From: a virus
DNA: 40,645 nt
Strand: one strand, 5' to 3'
IMG/VR virus record: IMGVR_UViG_3300045988_117988
The notes under the pieces are model-generated. The model was given only the letters and a program-made list of their open reading frames with translations, ran no database searches and had not been told where the DNA came from. The translations under genes were made by a program, and so were the position numbers. This document shows, one piece after another, positions 34,540-40,645 of this stretch; the first letter of the stretch is position 1; every line of letters begins with the position of its first letter.

Positions 34540-34647
34540 ATAAAGGAGCCTCGGTGCGGGAACACCAACGGCTCCGGGTGCAAAATAAGTCCTGACACGG
34601 GCTACTTTTTGCATCCTCTATTTTACCAAATAAAGGAGGATTTTACA

Positions 34648-35742
34648 ATGAAAAAACTTAGGACGAATGAGGCGGCGTGGCTTGAGAAGTCAGGCAGATG
34701 GAGCATCAAGGTGCAGCGGGACGGCGAAAGGAAACAGTTTACCAGCTCCAAACCGGGACGCAAGGGTAAGCTGGAGGCCGAACGCAAGGCGGATGAGTGG
34801 CTCGAAAAGGGTATAGCCAAAGATCAGAGGTTTGCCGCCGCCTATGATGACTTTGTAACCGCCAAACGCCGCGAGACCGGGACGAGTTGGACAACGCAGC
34901 TTGATTCCGTTGGCCGAATCTACCTAAAGCCCTATCTGGAGCATAAAAAAGTCAGCGACATCACTACGCAGGACTGGAAAAACTGCATACTCACGGCCTA
35001 TGAGCGAGGCCTCAGCCATAAGACGCTGACCAATATACGGGGCGCAATAACAAATTTCCATACCTACTGCGAGGACGCGGGGATTGAGATAGCACCGCTC
35101 CGCAAGCTCAAAGTGCCGGACGACGCGCCAACAAGAGAAAAAACTATCCTGCAACCCGATGACCTTAAAACCCTGTTTGGCTGCGATACGCTCAAATGGC
35201 GGGGACAAGATAGTAAGTGTTGGTACATCAACGCATGGCGGCTGATGGTGATACTGGGCTTGCGGCGCGGTGAACTGTGCGGCTTGCAGCGTGGCGATGT
35301 GCAGGACGGCAAACTGTACATACGCCGAGCAGTCAACCGTTACGGCGAGATAACCAAGGGCAAAACCAAGGCGGCGCAAAGGTGTATTACCTTACCGGCT
35401 CACGCCCTGTATATCCTTGACGAGCAGGCGGCACTGCTTCGGGCGGCGGGTATAGTGTCCGCCTGGTTGTTCCCCGACGGGGACGGGCGCGTATCAGATC
35501 CCGACAACCTCTACAAAAGGTGGAAATCCTACGCCAACCAGCATGGGATAAGGTCAAGTCTGCACGAGCTCAGGCACACTCACATTAGCCTGATGCAGGA
35601 CGAGATGCCGGAAAACCTGCTCAAACGTATTGTTGGACACACCAAAACCATGGACACCTTCGGTGTTTACGGTCACGAGGTAGACGGCGAGGCGGCAAAG
35701 GCGGCGCGGATAATTGACAGGGTTTTTGACGGACTGATTTAA
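34648..35742 (+). CDS. int: Tyrosine integrase
   Basis: The start MKKLRTNE lies behind AAAGGAGG. The N-terminal arm-binding-like sheet reads GRWSIKVQRDGERKQF. Catalytic motifs are GLRRGEL, HELRHTHISL and GHTKTMDTFGVYGH. Confidence 0.9.
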   Translation: MKKLRTNEAAWLEKSGRWSIKVQRDGERKQFTSSKPGRKGKLEAERKADEWLEKGIAKDQRFAAAYDDFVTAKRRETGTSWTTQLDSVGRIYLKPYLEHKKVSDITTQDWKNCILTAYERGLSHKTLTNIRGAITNFHTYCEDAGIEIAPLRKLKVPDDAPTREKTILQPDDLKTLFGCDTLKWRGQDSKCWYINAWRLMVILGLRRGELCGLQRGDVQDGKLYIRRAVNRYGEITKGKTKAAQRCITLPAHALYILDEQAALLRAAGIVSAWLFPDGDGRVSDPDNLYKRWKSYANQHGIRSSLHELRHTHISLMQDEMPENLLKRIVGHTKTMDTFGVYGHEVDGEAAKAARIIDRVFDGLI

Positions 35743-35753
35743 GCAGCAAAAAA

Positions 35754-35970
35754 GTGGGTACTTTGGTGGGTACTCTGGAAATAACAAACGCCTGAATTAT
35801 TAGAGATTCAGGCGTTTTTGGTGGTAGGGTATGCGGGGTTTTCATCCGACCCCATTTACCTTTTTGAGCGTCAACCGTTTGCGTTTTCCCATCAATTTAG
35901 GGGATTTTTTGCTCCGTGGCGTGTGCCGCAAACATACAAAAATATAATCAAGTGGGTACAAAGTGGGTAC
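35754..35970. other. attP candidate with four same-orientation GTGGGTAC repeats (arm-type sites)
   Basis: GTGGGTAC occurs at 35754-61, 35766-73, 35952-59 and 35963-70. This gives two tandem pairs about 200 bp apart, immediately 3' of int, in an otherwise non-coding stretch. Confidence 0.55.
35786..35820. terminator. Bidirectional terminator after int
   Basis: AAACGCCTGAAT-tattagag-ATTCAGGCGTTT followed by TTG. The minus-strand view is followed by GTTATTT. Confidence 0.8.
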
Positions 35971-36136
35971 AACAACGGCCCATTGCTGTTATATCAGTAT
36001 CCCCAACCTTTCGGCCAGCAACTCCCGCTGCTCGTCGTGCCCCTCGTCCCACGTCCATGTAATAACCTGATAACGCATATTGTACCTCCTTAAAATCATA
36101 CGGCGGGGGCGGAGTATCATTCAACGCCGATAAAAT

Positions 36137-36376
36137 TCATACAAAATCATAGTAAATGCTCGTCCCGTTACGTTTAAAACACTCATTCCAATAATCCGCC
36201 AGCTCTTCAGCGGCTTTCCTTGTTGCGCAGAGGTTAGCGGCCTGCATTCCGGCGATCCTCTGCGAGATGTTCATGATGTTATCATCGCTGCTGACTGTCA
36301 TAGTCCCTGCCCAATACTTCCCGTTCTGCTGCGCAAAAAATGTAATATAAAAATGTTTCGTCTTGTAGCTTGCCAT
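36137..36376 (-). CDS. Hypothetical 79-aa protein driven by a consensus promoter
   Basis: GGAGG lies 7 nt before the ATG. No motif was recognised. It is located next to attP. Confidence 0.6.
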   Translation of the reverse strand: MASYKTKHFYITFFAQQNGKYWAGTMTVSSDDNIMNISQRIAGMQAANLCATRKAAEELADYWNECFKRNGTSIYYDFV

Positions 36377-36421
36377 TTTATAACCTCCATTGTTCGGGGT
36401 GGTTCCCCTTTCGATGTCTCT

Positions 36422-36450
36422 ATTATATACTTACGGGAGTATATAGTCAA
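36422..36450 (-). promoter_or_regulatory. Consensus promoter for 36137-36376, with palindromic operator A across its spacer
   Basis: On the minus strand: TTGACT (36445-50), a 17-nt spacer, then TATAAT (36422-27). The palindrome TATATACT-N6-AGTATATA spans 36424-36445. Confidence 0.7.
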
Positions 36451-36488
36451 CTGAAATATTAAGGGAAAAGCCTTAAAGAATTAGAAGG

Positions 36489-36523
36489 ATATACTTGCGG
36501 CAGTATGCCAGAAATGATATAAT
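36489..36523 (+). promoter_or_regulatory. Promoter of RHH gene 1 with operator B over the -35
   Basis: TTGCGG (36495-500), a 17-nt spacer, then TGaTATAAT (36516-23). ATATACTTGCGGCAGTAT (36489-506) matches operator A at 16/18 positions. Confidence 0.65.
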
Positions 36524-36541
36524 GTCTGCGGAGGTGATAAC

Positions 36542-36721
36542 ATGGGCACATCAGCAACGAGGGCTAAAAGAAAATACAACTCAAAAACGTATGAACGACT
36601 TGACATCACAGTAAAAGCAGGAGAAAAAGAAAAAATAAAACAGAGAGCGGAAAAGTTAGGAAAGAGCATTAACGCCTATATAACCGATCTGATATATGAG
36701 GACATGAAAAAAGAGGGCTGA
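36542..36721 (+). CDS. Ribbon-helix-helix (Arc/CopG-type) regulator 1 (59 aa, below the track cutoff)
   Basis: Hand translation: MGTSATRAKRKYNSKTYERLDITVKAGEKEKIKQRAEKLGKSINAYITDLIYEDMKKEG. GGAGGTG precedes the ATG. Confidence 0.7.
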   Translation: MGTSATRAKRKYNSKTYERLDITVKAGEKEKIKQRAEKLGKSINAYITDLIYEDMKKEG

Positions 36722-36732
36722 TATAGCCCTCT
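36712..36732. terminator. Bidirectional hairpin terminator between RHH1 and 36732-37205
   Basis: AGAGGGCT-gatat-AGCCCTCT. A T-run follows on the minus strand (CTTTTTTC). Confidence 0.65.
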
Positions 36733-37205
36733 TATATCATTATCCCAAACTTTGCCGCCAGCAGCTCCCGCCGCGCTTGCGGTATCGGTTTGACCCCGGC
36801 GCACCACGAATGCACTGCGGCCTTGCTTACCTCGCAAGCCTCGGCTGCCTGCTCCAACGTCAGGCTGCGGGCCTTGAGCTGATCCCGCAAATACTCGCCG
36901 TCGCAGAGCACGGGCGCGCACCGGCCCTGCATATAGGCAAGCTCCCACATACCTTGCTGGTTGAGCGGCAGCGCGTGGTCGTCCTCGGTTATATCCTCTG
37001 TGCCTTGCAGCGCGTCCCGTATGGCTCTGTCGACATCGGGTGTGAGTTTGCGGTTAATAATCATATACCGCAAGCCCTCACCCAGTCCACGGATGGGCCA
37101 CATATTAGCTGTCTGCACCCGGCAGCGCGCCCCGATGATTTCGGGGAGCTGCGCCGCCATTATACCATACGCCCGGCCCAGGGCCTTAACCGTGTTGTCT
37201 GTCAT
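36732..37205 (-). CDS. Protein with an unknown N-domain and a C-terminal XRE-type HTH
   Basis: LRDQLKARSLTLEQAAEACEVSKAAVHSWCAGVKPIP. The start is taken at the ATG at 37205, 9 nt after AAAGGAGG. Confidence 0.65.
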   Translation of the reverse strand: MTDNTVKALGRAYGIMAAQLPEIIGARCRVQTANMWPIRGLGEGLRYMIINRKLTPDVDRAIRDALQGTEDITEDDHALPLNQQGMWELAYMQGRCAPVLCDGEYLRDQLKARSLTLEQAAEACEVSKAAVHSWCAGVKPIPQARRELLAAKFGIMI

Positions 37206-37281
37206 GTTTCGCATCCTCCTTTTTGCCGCCGGGCTTGTGACCGGCCTGCCGCATTACCGCCCTCGCGGGCGTCACTCTGCG

Positions 37282-37461
37282 TTATTTGTATATCTTGACC
37301 GTCTCCCAACCGTCTATCGCGGCGGTAGTATTTAAATCTCTGATGGGCAAGCGCTTGATCACGGCTATGCCCTGATTGATGATGCATTCATACTCATAAC
37401 GATAGGTTTTGGTGTCTACTGTCAATTCCTTCTTTACACGGTTTTCAAATGCTTTAGTCAT
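37282..37461 (-). CDS. Hypothetical 59-aa protein
   Basis: The ATG at 37461 lies behind GAGGAGA. The longer track ORF (to 37500) would start inside the promoter spacer. Confidence 0.5.
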   Translation of the reverse strand: MTKAFENRVKKELTVDTKTYRYEYECIINQGIAVIKRLPIRDLNTTAAIDGWETVKIYK

Positions 37462-37491
37462 TGCTTTTATCTCCTCTCTTGTTATGTCTGT

Positions 37492-37520
37492 ATTGTACAT
37501 CGCAAAGGTTTATCTGTCAA
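37492..37520 (-). promoter_or_regulatory. Internal consensus-like promoter
   Basis: On the minus strand: TTGACA (37515-20), a 17-nt spacer, then TACAAT (37492-97). Confidence 0.6.
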
Positions 37521-37599
37521 CCTATTTGGTATACTTACGTAAAAAATAAGGCAATCGCCTAAAATAATTAGTGTGGATTGTGTATCAGCCACGACTACG

Positions 37600-38055
37600 T
37601 CAGCGTTCCCAGCTCTTTTTTTCGATGTCCTTTACGGCCTCGATGCCGGGCCGCTCCTTTTTCAGTGCCTCAAACCTTGCTATTGCCTGCCGACGCTCCT
37701 TGCCGGTGTAAGTTTCGCTTAGCTCTTTTACCTGTGTCCCGTCGTCCAGTGTTTTTGTAAGCGTTATATAGTATTCGACGCCTCCTTGATAGTGTTTGTA
37801 CCGCTTTAGCGTCAGCGACAGCTTGTAACCCATTGTTTCGAGTTGCGCGGCACGTTTTGCCAACTCTTGTTGGTATTCCTGGAGGGCTGTTATATAGCTT
37901 TCCAGTTCCGTAATGGTCCTTGATGCCCGCTCGTTGTTTTGTAATATCTCCGCTACCGTTGACAGCTTGTCTGGTCTATAACAGTTGACATATAGCGTGT
38001 GATTAGCGTAACCATCGCGGCAGTCCCAACCCTCGAAAAGTTCTTTGTATGTCAT
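37600..38055 (-). CDS. Hypothetical 151-aa protein (central coiled coil)
   Basis: GGAAGGGAAAAG precedes the ATG. It starts 24 nt downstream of the J-domain gene. Confidence 0.6.
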   Translation of the reverse strand: MTYKELFEGWDCRDGYANHTLYVNCYRPDKLSTVAEILQNNERASRTITELESYITALQEYQQELAKRAAQLETMGYKLSLTLKRYKHYQGGVEYYITLTKTLDDGTQVKELSETYTGKERRQAIARFEALKKERPGIEAVKDIEKKSWER

Positions 38056-38079
38056 TTTCTTTTCCCTTCCGGGGCCTTG

Positions 38080-38571
38080 TTAGGCCCCTATCCTCTCGTA
38101 ATTCCCGCGCTCTTCGCGGCCCTCGAACACCTGAGAGCCGTATTTGCTCCTGATCTCCTCCATTGACGCCCTGCCTTTGTACCATCTGCGCCCATCCTCT
38201 TCGTGCCTCCAGTACCACAGGCCTTTTTTCTGGCTCCAGCGGCAGCCCAGGGCTTTCAGCTCGTCCTTGTGGGCTTTGGTCTCTCCGCCTATCCATAGCC
38301 AGGAGCCGCACAACTCCACGACCAGCCCGGACAGTTTGATAAGGGCATTGATGATCTCGATAAACTCGGCGGCGGTCTCGGTGGTTTGGTGGTACTCGTC
38401 CGCCTCGGCATTGTGCTTGGTCTTGAGGGTTTCGTGCAGCCTCTCATACTCATTGTTTATAGCCTGCATAATCTCGGTGCTGCCTCCCCTGTCCGGGTGA
38501 TACTGCATTGCAAGGCGGCGGTACTGTGCTTTGAGCCCGTCAAGGGTTTTGATATTGGCAAAGTATTTCAT
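38080..38571 (-). CDS. J-domain (DnaJ-like) protein with a Trp-rich C-terminal domain
   Basis: LKAQYRRLAMQYHPDRGG contains the HPD motif. The C-terminus reads CGSWLWIGGETKAHKDELKALGCRWSQKKGLWYWR. Confidence 0.8.
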   Translation of the reverse strand: MKYFANIKTLDGLKAQYRRLAMQYHPDRGGSTEIMQAINNEYERLHETLKTKHNAEADEYHQTTETAAEFIEIINALIKLSGLVVELCGSWLWIGGETKAHKDELKALGCRWSQKKGLWYWRHEEDGRRWYKGRASMEEIRSKYGSQVFEGREERGNYERIGA

Positions 38572-38590
38572 GGTGTTAATCTCCTTCCGT

Positions 38591-38693
38591 CACGGTTGCC
38601 CGTGTTTGACTGTGCCATAATCTTAGCATACCACGGTTGCCCGTGTCAATACCCTTTTGCAAAATTTTTTGTTGTTCCGCACGGTGTAACGTG
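38591..38693. promoter_or_regulatory. Three palindromic operator candidates (CACGG-N4-CCGTG type)
   Basis: CACGGTTGCCCGTG occurs at 38591-604 (5' UTR of the J gene) and at 38632-645 (promoter spacer). CACGGTGTAACGTG at 38680-693 abuts the -10 of RHH gene 2. Confidence 0.6.
38620..38649 (-). promoter_or_regulatory. Promoter of the J-domain operon
   Basis: On the minus strand: TTGACA (38644-49), an 18-nt spacer, then TAAGAT (38620-25). Confidence 0.55.
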
Positions 38694-38730
38694 GTATAAT
38701 GCAGAAAAAGTCAGAATGGAGCGGGATAAA

Positions 38731-38922
38731 ATGGCTGTCAGTCAGCGCAAAAAAGATTACAACCGAGAGTACGACAAAACAAAGATGACACGCATCGTAA
38801 TAAAAACGATGAACGACAAGGCCGATGCGATCAAAGCCAGAGCGGCAGAGCTTGGCAAGAGCACAACACGATACATACTTGACCTTGTATCGGCTGATTT
38901 AGACGCAAACTCCGGGAAATAA
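38731..38922 (+). CDS. Ribbon-helix-helix regulator 2 (63 aa), paralog-like to RHH1
   Basis: MAVSQRKKDYNREYDKTKMTRIVIKTMNDKADAIKARAAELGKSTTRYILDLVSADL. GGAG lies 9 nt upstream and the promoter TGgTATAAT is at 38693-700. Confidence 0.7.
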   Translation: MAVSQRKKDYNREYDKTKMTRIVIKTMNDKADAIKARAAELGKSTTRYILDLVSADLDANSGK

Positions 38923-38935
38923 TCCGATATTTCCC
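38914..38935 (+). terminator. Hairpin terminator after RHH2
   Basis: GGGAAATA-atccga-TATTTCCC. The hairpin contains the stop codon. Confidence 0.5.
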
Positions 38936-38962
38936 AATTTGCGCAACTCACATATTAAAATC

Positions 38963-38973
38963 TGTGGTATAAT
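38963..38973 (+). promoter_or_regulatory. Extended -10 promoter upstream of terS
   Basis: TGTGgTATAAT. No good -35 lies at 17 nt. Confidence 0.5.
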
Positions 38974-38986
38974 AGCTACTGTGAAA

Positions 38987-39019
38987 AGCCGTAAGGGTAA
39001 GACCTGCGGCTATTTTTTA
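38987..39019 (+). terminator. Promoter-proximal terminator-like hairpin in the terS leader
   Basis: GCCG..AGG-gtaaga-CCT.CGGC followed by TATTTTTTAT, beginning about 7 nt after the predicted transcription start. Confidence 0.5.
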
Positions 39020-39042
39020 TGCCAAGAAAGGGGGTTAAGCCC

Positions 39043-39507
39043 ATGAGCCAGAAAGCATTTAAAAGCCCGGCAGAACTCGCCAAAAAGGTGGATGAGTACT
39101 TCGCAAAGTGCGAGGCCAGCAAGCAGGCCAGAGAGCTAAAAAGTGGTGATGTCAGGATACGCCAAGAGTTGCCCTCTTTTGTGGGACTTGCCGTATATCT
39201 CGGAGTAGCCAAAAGCACTATGCAGCTCTATGCCGATGGTAAGTATGATACTGGTAATAGTGATAACACCGCTGATAATGGGTCGGCAGATATACAGAAT
39301 TACTCGACTGTCTTCGCACGTGCGCGTGACCGCATCGAGTTGGAGACCCTTAACGCCGCCAGCAATGGCGATACCGACAGCCGCATAACTCTGGCGCGGC
39401 TCGCTAAGTTTGGTTACTCTACCAAGATCGAGCAGGACACCAAGGCGGAGCTGACTGTCAAATGGGAGGGCGTGGACACCTCAGATATAGAGGCGTGGGG
39501 TAGATAG
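39043..39507 (+). CDS. terS: Terminase small subunit
   Basis: FKSPAELAKKVDEYFAKCE...ELPSFVGLAVYLGVAKSTMQLY is the typical N-terminal HTH pattern of phage TerS. The start is taken at the ATG at 39043, behind AAAGGGGG. Confidence 0.75.
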   Translation: MSQKAFKSPAELAKKVDEYFAKCEASKQARELKSGDVRIRQELPSFVGLAVYLGVAKSTMQLYADGKYDTGNSDNTADNGSADIQNYSTVFARARDRIELETLNAASNGDTDSRITLARLAKFGYSTKIEQDTKAELTVKWEGVDTSDIEAWGR

Positions 39508-39838
39508 CCCCACATCCTTATGCCTCGAATGTGCCTGATTGCCTGGGCAAATCGGCATTAGTCCGGGTTGTTGCACCCACATTTGCACCCAGTCCAGCCG
39601 TTCCGGGGCCGCGATGCCAGGCCGATGGGCATATGGAGGGGGCGCGTTGCATTTTTTTTGCGCGGCAAAATCCAAAATGGCATCCAAAAACCCGAAGCAC
39701 TCCCCCCGATGTCGGGTACCCCCGCCACACACCACACACACATATATCGGAGAGGGGGGAGATATATCCACTCCTTCCTGTCTGTCAAAAATCTGGTAAA
39801 ACCCAGTTGAATAATACTAAACATAACCATTAGTTAAG

Positions 39839-39866
39839 CCTGTGATTAAATATCATGGGTTTTTTG
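39839..39866 (+). terminator. Terminator-like hairpin just upstream of the portal RBS
   Basis: CCTGTGAT-taaat-ATCATGGG (two G-U pairs) followed by TTTTTT. Confidence 0.4.
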
Positions 39867-39880
39867 TATTGGAGGGACAC

Positions 39881-40645
39881 ATGGCAGAACAAAACATCAT
39901 GACAACGATTTATGAGGGACTAAGCATTAAACCCTCGCCCGGTGACAGTGCAAGCGACCTTGTATCTGCCATACAGAGCCTATACGATGAGTACAAAACG
40001 GCCTATAGAGACGAATGGGACAGGCTCACGGCAAACGAGAAGATGTATCACGGCGACCACTGGTCAGATACTGGTTCGGGCAGTAACGAGCCCCAGCCCG
40101 TCATGCCTATCATTTTCTCGACAGTAGAGAACATACAGGCTGACCTGATGGACGAATACCCGGAAGCTGTTATAACGCCCGAAAGTTCCAACGATGAAAA
40201 GATAGGCAAGATATTGACCCGCGTTGTAGCGCAAAATCACGAGGCTTGCGATTACTTATATGAGTACAACGACCTGATTCACGACTTATTGGTTGGCGGA
40301 TACATGATTCAGGAAGTGGGCTGGGACCCGACACTGAACTATGGCTTTGGCGGCGCATACATACGGTACGTTTCCAACAAGAACATCATGTTTGACCCGT
40401 TGTGCGCCAACATACAGGACGGCAGGGCAGTGTTCAAAGTAGAGCGGCTGCCCACATCATGGTTCCATCAGCATTACCCCGATTATGCCGATTATTTCAG
40501 CGGCGGCAGTGATTTAGTCCCCGATGACCATTTCACCTTCGGCACAGAGATAGAGAGCAAAGAAACGAACTACATGATACTGCTTGAAGCGTGGGTTCGT
40601 ACATACGATGCGGAAAACCATAAATACGCCGTCCATATGCTGAAG
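39881..40645 (+). CDS. Portal protein, N-terminal part (continues at position 120 after circular closure; 594 aa in total)
   Basis: ATG at 39881 lies 4 nt after GGAGGG and the frame is open to the window end. It is the same frame as ORF 48-1139 once the 119-bp overlap is collapsed. Size and position next to TerS, scaffold and capsid fit a portal. Confidence 0.8.
   Translation, partial: MAEQNIMTTIYEGLSIKPSPGDSASDLVSAIQSLYDEYKTAYRDEWDRLTANEKMYHGDHWSDTGSGSNEPQPVMPIIFSTVENIQADLMDEYPEAVITPESSNDEKIGKILTRVVAQNHEACDYLYEYNDLIHDLLVGGYMIQEVGWDPTLNYGFGGAYIRYVSNKNIMFDPLCANIQDGRAVFKVERLPTSWFHQHYPDYADYFSGGSDLVPDDHFTFGTEIESKETNYMILLEAWVRTYDAENHKYAVHMLK
40527..40645. repeat. Terminal overlap copy 2 (identical to 1-119)
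   Basis: Same as copy 1. Confidence 0.95.

Larger units (their letters stand above)
1..40526. mobile_element. Complete genome of a temperate tailed dsDNA phage / excised prophage, circularly closed (unit length 40,526 bp)
   Basis: The window ends overlap exactly by 119 bp. Packaging, head, fibre, lysis, replication/recombination, immunity and integrase modules are all present. Confidence 0.9.

Noticed and set aside
35835-35860. Hairpin GGGGT-tttcatccg-ACCCC as a tRNA T-arm fragment (attP core in a tRNA gene)
   Set aside because: The loop is 9 nt, there is no TTCGAAT-like loop sequence, and no acceptor-stem or CCA context follows. This is insufficient to call a tRNA-derived core.
35818-36093. 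91-aa plus-strand ORF downstream of int
   Set aside because: It starts inside the int terminator, has no RBS and has implausible composition. The region is better explained as attP plus a short minus-strand ORF.
39518-39833. Six overlapping 73-100-aa ORFs on both strands
   Set aside because: They mutually overlap in several frames, lack RBSs and have Pro/Gly/Arg-rich composition. The openness of all frames reflects GC-rich non-coding DNA, so the region is treated as non-coding.

Overview
The window is one complete, circularly closed genome of a temperate tailed dsDNA phage or excised prophage. The first 119 bp are identical to the last 119 bp, so the unit length is 40,526 bp and the portal gene is split across the window ends. 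The host is probably Gram-positive, judging from an NlpC/P60 + PG_binding_1 endolysin, a Dp-1-like holin and an IPKTG sortase signal. The standard genetic code fits throughout.

Layout on the circle:
- Late block, plus strand: TerS (39043-39507), a 370-bp GC-rich non-coding gap, portal (39881-40645 joined to 120-1139), scaffold, major capsid, a 95-aa ORF, TerL, adaptor- and nozzle-like proteins, a BppU-type heptad-repeat tail fibre, and two AT-rich receptor-binding-like cassettes. These are followed by an LPXTG-type surface protein, endolysin, two holin-like genes, a small sigma-r4-like regulator, several small virion ORFs, a PG-binding-like protein and a 2043-aa giant multidomain protein.
- Early block, minus strand (32549 down to 21750): Cro-like and HTH regulators, a PD-(D/E)XK exonuclease + RecT pair, SSB, a replication initiator with iterons inside its own gene, DnaB, RuvC-like and MazG-like proteins, a tandem family of small MSK.../IPAADV proteins, and a RinA-like late activator.
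- Lysogeny block, plus strand: CI-like repressor, two membrane proteins, a tyrosine integrase, and an attP candidate.
- Accessory island (36137-38922): a mixed-orientation region between attP and terS. Two paralogous ribbon-helix-helix genes face consensus promoters whose spacers are occupied by palindromes. Its cargo includes a J-domain protein.

No tRNA, rRNA, CRISPR array, transposase or reverse transcriptase was seen. No tail tube, sheath or classical tape-measure set was seen either, so a podovirus-like virion is an inference only.

All family names come from motifs read by eye. No database search was run.
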